Source: an uncultured Eubacteriales bacterium
GTDB taxonomy: Bacteria > Bacillota > Clostridia > Oscillospirales > Acutalibacteraceae
Assembly (NCBI GenBank): GCA_934552855.1
Contig: CAKTEU010000004.1
Coordinates: 17,021 to 81,020 of the forward strand
Direction: 5' to 3'
Length of the DNA: 64,000 nucleotides
The position numbers and the translations under genes were made by a program. Below the pieces are notes generated by a model that was not told where the DNA came from, ran no database searches, and worked only from the letters and a program-made list of their open reading frames with translations. Below, one piece after another: positions 17,838 through 27,151 of the stretch (its first letter is position 1; every line of letters starts with the position of its first letter).

Positions 17838-19568
17838 ATGTATCAGGTACTTTACAGAAAATACCGCCCAAAGGTATTCTCCGACGTTGTCGGTCAGGAT
17901 CATATCACAAAAACCCTTCAAAGCGAAATTGAAAAAGGAAAGCTTTCTCACGCATATCTTTTCACCGGCTCAAGGGGAACGGGAAAAACAACCTGCGCAA
18001 AAATTCTTTCAAAGGCGGTCAATTGCCTTCACCCCGTTGACGGAAACCCCTGCAACGAATGCGAAATTTGCAAAGGCATTGACTCCGGCGCAATTTTGGA
18101 TGTTGTTGAAATTGATGCCGCAAGCAACAACGGCGTTGATAACATTCGTGATATCCGTGACGAATCCGGCTTTGCTCCCGTCAGCTGCAAGTATAGGGTA
18201 TACATCATTGACGAGGTTCACATGCTTTCAATCGGTGCGTTCAATGCGCTTTTAAAAACGCTTGAAGAACCGCCGGAACACGTTATGTTCATTCTTGCAA
18301 CAACCGAAGTTCACAAGCTTCCCGTCACCATTCTTTCACGCTGCCAGCGGTTTGATTTCAGAAGGGTTGCGCCGCAGGACATGATAAAGCGAATGAACTA
18401 TATCGCCGAAAAAGAAAGCTTTATTCTTGATGAAGATGCGGCCATGCTCATTGCAAGGCTTGCCGACGGCGGAATGCGTGATGCACTTTCAACTCTTGAT
18501 CAATGCATTTCGGTTTCAAATCATGTCACAAACGAGGTTGTCTGTTCCGTTGCCGGAATTGCCGGAAAACAGCATCTTTTTGAAATTGCAAACGACATTG
18601 CAAGCCATAACAGTGCAGAAGCACTCAAAAAGCTCAGCGAACTTTATGCCGCTTCGTGCGATATGGAACGCCTTTGCGCCGATTTGACAATGCATTTTCG
18701 CAACCTTATGATTGCAAAAACGGTCAAAAACGCAGAAAATATCCTTGTTTGCACAAAGGACGAGCTTGAAAGCTATAAAAGTCAAAGCTCTCTTTTCACT
18801 CTTGAGGGCATACTTTATTCGATAGACCTTCTTCAGGAAGCTGCCGCAAACATCAAACGTTCGGTTAACCGAAGGATAGAAATGGAAATGACACTTCTGC
18901 GCCTTTCCTCGCCCTCGCTTGACAGCGGCAATGAAGCACTTTTAAAGCGTATTGCCGCACTTGAACTTGCGGTTAAAAGCGGCTCGTTCGTTCGGCAGAA
19001 AACAGAAACGCCCGAAGTACCGGAACCGGATATACCCAAGACACAGCCTGCGCCGGTGTCCGTTGAACCGCCGGCGGATGAAAGCTTTTTTGCTTTTTCG
19101 CCTTCGTTTGAAGATACTTTGCCCGAACCGCCGAAAGAACAAAGGCGTGCTTCGTGGGAAACCCCCGTTTCAAACCGTGAGGTGTCTGAGGCTAAAGCCA
19201 CACAAACTTCCGTTTCCTCTCAGGGCGAACAGTCATCTGTGCCATTTTCCGATTGGGCTCAGGTGCTTTCCGAACTTACGCAAATCAATCAGCCGCTTTG
19301 GGGCGTACTGATAGGCTCGACGGCGTTCATAAACGGCGAATTTGTTCTCATCAAAAGCGAAAACCCGACCTTTGCTTCCTTCATCAAAGTTGGAACAAAC
19401 GGCCGTGACGTTAAAGAGGCAATATACAGAGTTACCGGCAAAAAGTATCGTTTGGGTATATATAACCCGGCATCGGCACAGAAAAAGGAAAACTCAAAAC
19501 CGAAAGACCCTCTTCAAGACCTTGTTAAAAGAGCAAAGGACTTCGGTGTTCGGGTTGATGTTGAATAA
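17838..19568 (+). CDS. dnaX: DNA polymerase III subunit gamma/tau
   Basis: ORF 17586..19568 trimmed to the ATG at 17838 (RBS AAAGGAG): MYQVLYRKYRPKVFSDVVGQDHI...GSRGTGKTT. Confidence 0.92.
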   Translation: MYQVLYRKYRPKVFSDVVGQDHITKTLQSEIEKGKLSHAYLFTGSRGTGKTTCAKILSKAVNCLHPVDGNPCNECEICKGIDSGAILDVVEIDAASNNGVDNIRDIRDESGFAPVSCKYRVYIIDEVHMLSIGAFNALLKTLEEPPEHVMFILATTEVHKLPVTILSRCQRFDFRRVAPQDMIKRMNYIAEKESFILDEDAAMLIARLADGGMRDALSTLDQCISVSNHVTNEVVCSVAGIAGKQHLFEIANDIASHNSAEALKKLSELYAASCDMERLCADLTMHFRNLMIAKTVKNAENILVCTKDELESYKSQSSLFTLEGILYSIDLLQEAAANIKRSVNRRIEMEMTLLRLSSPSLDSGNEALLKRIAALELAVKSGSFVRQKTETPEVPEPDIPKTQPAPVSVEPPADESFFAFSPSFEDTLPEPPKEQRRASWETPVSNREVSEAKATQTSVSSQGEQSSVPFSDWAQVLSELTQINQPLWGVLIGSTAFINGEFVLIKSENPTFASFIKVGTNGRDVKEAIYRVTGKKYRLGIYNPASAQKKENSKPKDPLQDLVKRAKDFGVRVDVE

Positions 19569-19614
19569 CACAGCAAAAATTTAACAATAAATAAAATCAA
19601 AGGAGATACAGAAC

Positions 19615-19947
19615 ATGAAAGCAAGAATTCCCGGAATGCAGGGCGGCGGCCAGATGAACATGATGAAAAAAATTCAGGAGATGCAAGCTCAGCTTGAAAC
19701 AAAACAGGCAGAGATTGAGCAGACCGAATTTTCGGCTTCCGCAGGCGGCGGAGCCGTTGAAGTCACTGTTACCGGCGCACACGAAATTAAAAAAATTGAC
19801 CTTCAGCCCGATGTTGTTGACCCCGAAGACATTGAAATGCTCTCAGACCTTATCATTGCCGCCGCAAACGAAGCAATGAAAAAGGCAGACGACGCAATGG
19901 AACAGGCAATGGGTGCACTCAAAAGCGGACTCAACCTTCCGTTCTGA
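19615..19947 (+). CDS. ybaB: nucleoid-associated protein YbaB/EbfC
   Basis: 110 aa with a ...[40 protein letters not shown] pattern, in the conserved dnaX-ybaB-recR order. Confidence 0.9.
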   Translation: MKARIPGMQGGGQMNMMKKIQEMQAQLETKQAEIEQTEFSASAGGGAVEVTVTGAHEIKKIDLQPDVVDPEDIEMLSDLIIAAANEAMKKADDAMEQAMGALKSGLNLPF

Positions 19948-20549
19948 TGGCAGATTACAAAGTGGCCTCGCTTGCAAGGCTTATCGACCAGTTTGAGCGC
20001 CTTCCCGGAATAGGACATAAAAGTGCGCAAAGGCTTGCGTTTTATGTTCTTTCAATGAGCGACGAGCAGGCAAAAAGCTTTGCACAGAATATTCTTGACG
20101 CTCATCAAAAAATAAAAAAGTGTTCTCGCTGCTGCAATCTTTCGGAGGATGAGCTTTGTCCGATTTGCAAAAACACCGCACGTGACGACAGCGTAATCTG
20201 CGTTGTTGAAGATCCGAGGGACGTTATGGCGTTTGAACGCACACATGAATACAACGGAACCTATCACGTTCTTCACGGCGTAATTTCGCCGATGAACGGT
20301 GTCGGACCGGAGGACATCACTATCAAGGAGCTTATCGCCCGGCTTTCCGACGGAAAGGTCACCGAGGTCATCATGGCAACGAATCCGACCGTTGAAGGCG
20401 AAGCGACCGCAATGTATATTTCACGTCTTCTCAAGCCGATGGGCATTACCGTTACCCGCCTTGCATACGGTGTACCCGTCGGAGCAGACCTTGAATATGC
20501 CGATGAAGTTACGCTGACAAGGGCACTTGAAGGCAGACGAAAGCTTTAA
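19947..20549 (+). CDS. recR: recombination protein RecR
   Basis: It has [15 protein letters not shown], a C4 zinc finger CSRCCN...CPIC and a Toprim region. Its start overlaps the ybaB stop (TGATG). Confidence 0.95.
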   Translation: MADYKVASLARLIDQFERLPGIGHKSAQRLAFYVLSMSDEQAKSFAQNILDAHQKIKKCSRCCNLSEDELCPICKNTARDDSVICVVEDPRDVMAFERTHEYNGTYHVLHGVISPMNGVGPEDITIKELIARLSDGKVTEVIMATNPTVEGEATAMYISRLLKPMGITVTRLAYGVPVGADLEYADEVTLTRALEGRRKL

Positions 20550-20584
20550 AAAAATCAAAAGCACAAAAGAAAGAGGTGATTTCC

Positions 20585-21049
20585 GTGGCGAAAGGAAACG
20601 ATATTCCGAAAGTTGCGCAAAACAAAAAAGCATATCACGATTACTTTGTTCTTGAAACCTATGAAGCCGGAATTGAACTTTTCGGCACGGAGGTCAAGTC
20701 AATCCGAAAGGGAAGGCTCAACCTCAAGGACTCCTGGTGCAGCATTGAAAACGGCGAAATTTTTGTCAACGGAATGCATATCAGTCCTTATGAACACGGA
20801 AACATTTTTAACCGTGACCCGATGCGTGTCAAAAAGCTGCTTATGCACAAGCGTGAAATCAACCGCCTTTTCGGTGTAACAAAACAGCAGGGCTTGACGC
20901 TCATTCCCCTTTCGGTATATTTTTTGAACGGAAGGGCAAAGCTTGAAATAGGACTTTGCAAAGGCAAAAAGAACTATGACAAGCGTGAAACCGCCGCAAA
21001 ACGTGACGCAAAGCGTGACATTGAGCGTGAGATGAGAGGAAGAAGTTGA
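20585..21049 (+). CDS. smpB: SsrA-binding protein
   Basis: GTG at 20585 lies 8 nt after AGAGGTG: (M)[37 protein letters not shown]. Confidence 0.92.
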   Translation: MAKGNDIPKVAQNKKAYHDYFVLETYEAGIELFGTEVKSIRKGRLNLKDSWCSIENGEIFVNGMHISPYEHGNIFNRDPMRVKKLLMHKREINRLFGVTKQQGLTLIPLSVYFLNGRAKLEIGLCKGKKNYDKRETAAKRDAKRDIEREMRGRS

Positions 21050-21135
21050 TTTTTCAAAAATCTTCCGTTGACACAAAACGCAAAAAATGATAAAATATCA
21101 AAGCAGACAAACCGAAAAGTTTTTCTGCCCTATAT

Positions 21136-21483
21136 GGGGATGAAAGGATTTCGACGGGGACTCTGAACTCTGATAAGCGGGTAGTGCCTGTGCAACCACT
21201 TTAAACTGCACAAACTTTAAAAATAAACGACAATACTACAGTATTGAAGGCTGCTTAACGCAGCCCGTCTGAGCTTTGAGTACTGCGGCGAAGCATCAGG
21301 CGTTACGAAGCAGTGAACGTGAACAGCCGAGCACCTCGTAGGCTGTCATGAACAAGGGGCTACCGAGGACTAAAGCCTGTCTTTCGGCGTTGGTTTGAGG
21401 GAATTTTAAAAGACTGACTGCACCCGGAGAAAGTCAGACGGATCGGTTTTCGGACGCGGTTTCGATTACCGCCATCTCCACCA
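21136..21483 (+). ncRNA. ssrA: transfer-messenger RNA
   Basis: The 5' end is GGGGATGAAAGGATTTCGACGGGG and the 3' end is GGACGCGGTTTCGATTACCGCCATCTCCACCA. The tag frame ends ...AAT ACT ACA GTA TTG AAG GCT GCT TAA, with the stop in a hairpin loop. It lies directly downstream of smpB. Confidence 0.9.
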
Positions 21484-21489
21484 ACAAAA

Positions 21490-21514
21490 AGCACGCTTTC
21501 GGGCGTGCTTTTTC
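21490..21514 (+). terminator. tmRNA terminator
   Basis: AGCACGC-TTTCGG-GCGTGCT followed by TTTTC. Confidence 0.8.
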
Positions 21515-21855
21515 ACTGAAATAAATCCTGAAAATTTATGCAATTCGCCCTGCGGCGAGTGAATTTGCTTTTGACAATTAAATTTCGGCGGTGCGGGCAG
21601 TGAGCCGAACAAAACCGCAGACATCAGGCAATCGTTGCAAGGTCATGATAAAATAATTAAGATTTATTAAGACGACTGCTTGTGTGCCGTAAATTCATTG
21701 TTTAATTTTCACATATTTTGTTGGTTTGATTAGTATGATAGTAACGAAAAACTATAAAACACTTGACTTGTTTTATTAAATTCTATAAAATAGTCGTGTT
21801 AGATGCCTCAAAAAGTTTACAGAGGTTACAAAATATTAAAAAAGGAGAACCCGAT

Positions 21856-23523
21856 ATGAAAAGAAAAATCCTTGCATTAATCCTTGCGGTCATGATGATC
21901 GTTTGTGCTCTCCCGTTCGCCGCTTTCGCTTCAAACGGAAGTGCTATCCACGATGAAATTCTTGACAACAGCCATTATTATCATATGGACTATGTTGAGA
22001 ACGAAAACTATTTCAAAGGTGAGTTCGGCTGGTATACCGCTCTCGGCTTCTATGACAACGCTTGGTATAACCTTATTGACAAATCGGTTGATATCGACTA
22101 TGCAAAGGCTGTTCTTCTCGGCCTCATTGAACAGGTTGAAGCTGAATACAACAACGAAACCTTTGAAGAGATTATGAAAATTCTCAACGGCGCAAGCAGC
22201 GCAATGGGCGTTATTGAAAAGGTAAGCGAAGTTTCCAAAAAATTCACCGACGCTCTTGACTTTGCTCAGTCCGCAGAATGGGGAACAACCCTCGGCGTTC
22301 TTAACGGCGTAATCAAAGCAGCAAACTACGGCAACGAAGTTTACAAAGCTTATGTTAAAGGTTATGCAATGATTCTTTCCGCAAAGGCAGCAAGTGCTTT
22401 TTACGGCGACTTCCTTACATATCTTTCCGAAAACTGCAAAAACGAAGCTGTTAGAAAAGCAGCTAAGGAAATTGCAGCAACAATCGACGCAGAAATGCAG
22501 GCAGCTGTTGACGAACTTGTAAAGTCACTCGCAGCAAACGCAGGTAAAGACGCCGTTACAATCGCTGCCGAAGTTGCTCTTGACAGCTATGGCGTAACAG
22601 CCGCAATCAAAGGCGCATACAAAACCGTAATCAATATTTCCGATAAGCTTTTCAACACCAAGGATAAGTATGAATTCATGGTATCGCTTGTTGAAACTTA
22701 TTACATTGAAGACTGCTTCACCGAATGGGCAAAGGCAGCTTTTGAATCGGATAACGCCGATTACGCTTCGTTTGCAGAAAGCACCGTAATCGCAGTCAGA
22801 GAAACCGGCGAAGGCCTTCTTGCAAAACTTGCAGCAGCTAAGACTTCGGCTCTTGTAAACATGGTTAAAAAATATGACGCAACCGAAATCAAAGTAAAAA
22901 CCGCAGCAGAACTTGCAAAGCTTAACGTTGCTTCGGCAATCCTTGCAGCAGACGCAGACGCAGCCTATGCAAAGAGCGTTGTTGTTACCGGTAACACCGC
23001 AGTAGCAGTTAAGGCAGCAGGCGCAGACGTATTCACAATTGCAGACGGCGAAGCAGTTCCCGCAGTTGTTACCGCTTCCGGCGCATACGGTAGCGTTTAT
23101 AATGACGGTCTCGGCCAGTATGTTAAGGCTGCTTATCTCCTTGGCGACGACTATGACGTTGTTCTTTCCGGCGCAGAAAAGAACGGAACCGTTTACGGCG
23201 TTGTCGGAAACAGCTACACTTGCGTTGACACCACCGCAGGCAGAACAATCACATTCAAAAACGTTCTCACCGCTCCGTCAATCGTTGTTGCCGACGAAGG
23301 AAAAGAAGCAATCACTCTTTCGTTCAGCGATAAGTTTGTTAAGACTTGCGATCCCTCCGTTGCAGTAAGCGGCGGTTCAAGCTCCTCGGGCGGTTCAAGC
23401 AGCTCAGGCTCTTCCTCAAGCGGCTCCTCCTCAGTCGGAAGCTCAATCAGCAAGGCTTTCTCAGACTTCTTCAAGAGCATTATTGAAGCTTTCAAAAACA
23501 TCTTCAAAATCTTCAAGAAGTAA
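21856..23523 (+). CDS. secreted Ala-rich alpha-helical protein of unknown function with a Ser/Gly linker and an amphipathic C-terminal tail
   Basis: ATG at 21856 follows AAAGGAG. Signal peptide is MKRKILALILAVMMIVCALPFAAFA. It ends ...GGSSSSGGSSSSGSSSSGSSSVGSSISKAFSDFFKSIIEAFKNIFKIFKK. Confidence 0.75.
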   Translation: MKRKILALILAVMMIVCALPFAAFASNGSAIHDEILDNSHYYHMDYVENENYFKGEFGWYTALGFYDNAWYNLIDKSVDIDYAKAVLLGLIEQVEAEYNNETFEEIMKILNGASSAMGVIEKVSEVSKKFTDALDFAQSAEWGTTLGVLNGVIKAANYGNEVYKAYVKGYAMILSAKAASAFYGDFLTYLSENCKNEAVRKAAKEIAATIDAEMQAAVDELVKSLAANAGKDAVTIAAEVALDSYGVTAAIKGAYKTVINISDKLFNTKDKYEFMVSLVETYYIEDCFTEWAKAAFESDNADYASFAESTVIAVRETGEGLLAKLAAAKTSALVNMVKKYDATEIKVKTAAELAKLNVASAILAADADAAYAKSVVVTGNTAVAVKAAGADVFTIADGEAVPAVVTASGAYGSVYNDGLGQYVKAAYLLGDDYDVVLSGAEKNGTVYGVVGNSYTCVDTTAGRTITFKNVLTAPSIVVADEGKEAITLSFSDKFVKTCDPSVAVSGGSSSSGGSSSSGSSSSGSSSVGSSISKAFSDFFKSIIEAFKNIFKIFKK

Positions 23524-23643
23524 TTCAATTTAAATATTGCGGCTGTCGCTTTTGCGGCGGCCGTTTTTTTCGTTTGAAACGGGTGGAAATATTTTCAAAA
23601 ATATGCTAAACTGTTTATATCAAAAAACACGGGGTAACTTTCC

Positions 23644-25830
23644 ATGAAAAAAAGAGCCTTTGCAATTATTGCTTTTACTTTTCTTTTTTTACTTTTGCTT
23701 TCTTCCTGCTCTGCCGAAAGAAAAACCGGTTCAAAAGTTTTTGAAAAAATTCTTCCTGCCGAATCTTCTGCCGAAAAAAACGGGAAATTCGGATTTTCGG
23801 CCGAAAAAAAAGAAAATCTTCGCCTTGTTTCAAAAACAGATATGACATCGCTTTATTTTGACGAAAAGACGTTTTCGGTTTGCGTTTATGATTCCGGCGC
23901 AGATAAGCTTTGGCGTTCGCTTCCGGAAAGCGAAACGGAAGAAAACACATCGGTCGTTTCCGTTTGTGTGATTTCCGGCGGAAAAGAATATACGCTTTAT
24001 TCTCAAAGCGACAGCGTTGCTCACGGAAACGCCGCCTTTGCGCTTGAAAACGGCGGTGTAACGATAAACTATCGTTTTGAAAAAGCACTCGGAAACGAAA
24101 AAGCCGATTTTACCGTTCCGGTTCTTTTTGAGGCACAGGACGGAATGCTTGTTGCTTCGGTCAATTGCAAAGATATCACCGTTTCTGACGGAAATATTAT
24201 TGTTAAAAGTCTTTCGCTTCTTAGCTGGTTCGGCGCAGACAAGGACGGAAAAAGCGGAGATTTTATTCTTGTTCCGGACGGCTGCGGTGCAATCATTGAC
24301 ACGTCAAAAAGAGCCGAAAAATTTGACAGGCTTTCTCTTTCGGTTTACGGCGGCGACCCTTCGCTTGAAAAAACCGAAAACGCACAGGTTTGTATTCCGG
24401 CATTCGGAAAAAAGAGCGGAAACGGCGCATTTGTTGCGCTCATTGAAAGCGGAGACGCAATTGCAAAAATCGGTGCTTCAAAGTCGCTCAAAAAAAGCGG
24501 CTTCAACCGTGTTTTTGCAAGCTTTGATGTTACTCAAACGATGAACGGCGAAAAGAAAACCTATGTTTCAAAAAACAGCTTTGAAGGTCTTGCTTCGGTT
24601 TCTTACCGCTTTCTTTCCGGTGATAACACAGATTATGTTTCAATGGCCTCTGCCTGCCGTGAGCTTTTGATTCGTTCTTCGGTTCTTTCAATGAACGAAA
24701 GAAAAATTGCGCAAAACGAAGGCCTTCCGTTTGAACTGACCTTGATTTGTTCCGCAAAGCTTAAAGAAAACGAAAAAAGAAGCGAAGAACAGCGTGTTCT
24801 TACAACGCTTTCGGAAGCACGGGACGTTATCTCGTTTATTCGCTCAAAAGGAATTAAAAATATCTCGCTTCGGCTTAAGGGGCTTTTTGAAGGCGGAATT
24901 GTTCAAAAGGACTTTTCTGCGGCAACTTTGTTTTCTTCGGTCGGAACAAAAAAAGAACTTGAAGAATTTATGGAATACGCCAAAGGGCAAAACATCAGCG
25001 TTTATGCCGATATCGGACTTTTCACCTGCTCGGCCTTCGGCTCTGACGGCGCAGTAAATTTGAGCGGCGAAAAAACCGAAATCAATTCAAAACTTTTGAA
25101 AACCGATTTTTCATCTTCGGCCGGCGTTCTTCGCTTTTCATCCGGAGAAAAGGCAAAAAAGAACGCAAACCGTCTCATTGCGTCGCTTCGCTCTTTCGGT
25201 TTTGACGGTGTTTCGCTTTCGGATGCGGGAAAGATTCTTTATTCCGATTTTTCAAAGAACGGGGGAATGAACAGAACCGACACAAAGGACATGATATCTT
25301 CGTTGTGCGGTGCGCTTTCTTCAAGCAAAAAGCTGATGATAAGCGGCTCAAATGTTTATGCGGTTAAATATGCTTCCTTCATCTGTGAGGTGCCTTACAC
25401 GGCGAATTGCGCAAAAAACAAGCTTTGCTTGGCGGTTCCGTTTGTTCAGGCGGTTCTTCATGGCTATGCCGATTACTCCCACACCCCGCTGAACGGTATT
25501 AAGAACAGTGAATTTGCATTTTTGAAGGCCGCAGAATACGGAGCTGTTTTGAGTGAAGAATGGTACTTTTCGGATTTTTCACGGGATGAAAAGAGTGACG
25601 GAATGTATTATATGAACGGTGCGGCAGAAGCTCAGCAGTATTATGAGCGGATGAACGAAGTCTTTTTTGACCTTCGAGACAAAAAAATTACTGCACACAA
25701 AAAAATCAAAAACGGTGTTTTCTGCACCGAATACGGCTCTTCAACCGTTGTTTATGTCAATTACAGCAGCAAGGACGTAACCATCGGCGGTGTTACCGTT
25801 GAGGCAAAAAGCTTTGTGAGGGTCGGATGA
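23644..25830 (+). CDS. large lipoprotein of unknown function
   Basis: 728 aa with lipobox LLSSC (MKKRAFAIIAFTFLFLLLLSSC). I recognise no family with confidence. Confidence 0.75.
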   Translation: MKKRAFAIIAFTFLFLLLLSSCSAERKTGSKVFEKILPAESSAEKNGKFGFSAEKKENLRLVSKTDMTSLYFDEKTFSVCVYDSGADKLWRSLPESETEENTSVVSVCVISGGKEYTLYSQSDSVAHGNAAFALENGGVTINYRFEKALGNEKADFTVPVLFEAQDGMLVASVNCKDITVSDGNIIVKSLSLLSWFGADKDGKSGDFILVPDGCGAIIDTSKRAEKFDRLSLSVYGGDPSLEKTENAQVCIPAFGKKSGNGAFVALIESGDAIAKIGASKSLKKSGFNRVFASFDVTQTMNGEKKTYVSKNSFEGLASVSYRFLSGDNTDYVSMASACRELLIRSSVLSMNERKIAQNEGLPFELTLICSAKLKENEKRSEEQRVLTTLSEARDVISFIRSKGIKNISLRLKGLFEGGIVQKDFSAATLFSSVGTKKELEEFMEYAKGQNISVYADIGLFTCSAFGSDGAVNLSGEKTEINSKLLKTDFSSSAGVLRFSSGEKAKKNANRLIASLRSFGFDGVSLSDAGKILYSDFSKNGGMNRTDTKDMISSLCGALSSSKKLMISGSNVYAVKYASFICEVPYTANCAKNKLCLAVPFVQAVLHGYADYSHTPLNGIKNSEFAFLKAAEYGAVLSEEWYFSDFSRDEKSDGMYYMNGAAEAQQYYERMNEVFFDLRDKKITAHKKIKNGVFCTEYGSSTVVYVNYSSKDVTIGGVTVEAKSFVRVG

Positions 25831-25873
25831 GTTTTGAACGCATCATATTTCAACCGAAGGGCGTGAGTGAAAA

Positions 25874-26524
25874 ATGAAAACCGTTTTTCTTGTTTTATTC
25901 TTTCTTGTCGGTGCCGTGCATCTTGCCGCAAGTTTTTTTGACAGGCAAAAAATCAGATATGCAACAAAAGCGTTTATTCTTCTTTTTCTTTTGCTTTACT
26001 ATATTCTTGCGGCGGAAAAAGCGGACGGAATAATGATTGCGGCTCTCATAACAAGCCTTGTCGGCGATATATTTTTAATGCCGTCGGGTATTGTTTTCTT
26101 CGCTGTCGGCGGCGCAAGCTTTCTTGCGTCTCAGGTTCTTTTTATACTTCGGTATTCGGCAATCATTGAGTTTTCTTCGGTTAATGCTGCGGCGGTCTGT
26201 GCTGTTGCGGCTGTGTACTTTGCTGCGGCGGTTTGCGCTTTCAAAAAACTTAAAGCGGGAATGGACGCAAAAACGCTTGTCGGTGCGGCACTTTATCTTG
26301 CAATTAACGGCACAATGAACCTTTTTGCCTTCATGCTGCTTTTTTCAAAGCCGTGCTTCGGTTCGGCACTTGTTTTTTTTGGTGCCGTGTCGTTTTATGT
26401 TTCGGACATACTTTTGTTTTTCAACGATTTTTATGTTCGGCCGCTCAAACGCAAATATTTTCTTGTAATGCTTACATATATTATTGCGGAATTTTGCATC
26501 ACGCAAGGCATTTTGATGATTTGA
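25874..26524 (+). CDS. YhhN family membrane protein (lysoplasmalogenase family)
   Basis: 216 aa, polytopic, with SLVGDIFLM and YVSDILLF motifs that match the two conserved YhhN D-containing motifs. Confidence 0.7.
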   Translation: MKTVFLVLFFLVGAVHLAASFFDRQKIRYATKAFILLFLLLYYILAAEKADGIMIAALITSLVGDIFLMPSGIVFFAVGGASFLASQVLFILRYSAIIEFSSVNAAAVCAVAAVYFAAAVCAFKKLKAGMDAKTLVGAALYLAINGTMNLFAFMLLFSKPCFGSALVFFGAVSFYVSDILLFFNDFYVRPLKRKYFLVMLTYIIAEFCITQGILMI

Positions 26525-26536
26525 TGAGGAAAGAAA

Positions 26537-27010
26537 ATGAACGAATATTATGATGAACTTTATGAGGCGGCATTCAAAATTCTCGGAGATAAAACTCCGC
26601 TTGGCTGTGACTGCGGCATGATTTGTGAAAAAAACTGCTGCAAAGGTGACGAAAAAACCGGAATGCTTCTTTTTCCGTTTGAAAAAACGCCGCTCAATGT
26701 TATTCAAAACGGAAAAATTCGTCTTGCTGTCTGCGGCGGAAATTGCAAAAGGGAAGCCCGTCCGCTTTCGTGCCGGCTGTTCCCGTTTTTTCCGTGCGTT
26801 GATGAAAAATGGAACATAGATGTTCGGCTTGATTTTCGGGGATATTCGGTTTGTCCTTTGATAAAAAATGCAAGGGACATAAGGTTCAGCAAAAGGTTTT
26901 TGAAGCGTGTTCAAAAAGTCGGCGAACTTTTATCGCAAGACCAAGCGTGCTTTGATTTTTTGAAAGAGGTTTCAAAAGAGATTGACTTTGAAAAAAGACT
27001 TTTTGAATAA
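26537..27010 (+). CDS. YkgJ-type cysteine-cluster (putative Zn/Fe-chelating) protein
   Basis: CDCGMICEKNCC ... CGGNC...RPLSCRLFPFFP matches the CxxCxxCC ... RPxxCRxFP pattern. Confidence 0.6.
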   Translation: MNEYYDELYEAAFKILGDKTPLGCDCGMICEKNCCKGDEKTGMLLFPFEKTPLNVIQNGKIRLAVCGGNCKREARPLSCRLFPFFPCVDEKWNIDVRLDFRGYSVCPLIKNARDIRFSKRFLKRVQKVGELLSQDQACFDFLKEVSKEIDFEKRLFE

Positions 27011-27151
27011 AAAAGTTTTGACTTCATATTGAAAACAAAACCAAAATTTGATATAGTATATTTTGTATTTTAATGCCGCCGGTCACTGCCGTTTTTTTGT
27101 TTGTCCGGCGGATGATTTATGTTTAAAATTTTGAATGCGGAGAGAAGAAAG

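Noticed and set aside
21484-27010. I considered a genomic island integrated at the tmRNA gene, because genes of unknown function lie directly downstream of ssrA.
   Set aside because: I found no integrase or recombinase, no direct repeat of the tmRNA 3' end downstream, no mobility genes and no obvious compositional break. I treat these as ordinary chromosomal accessory genes.
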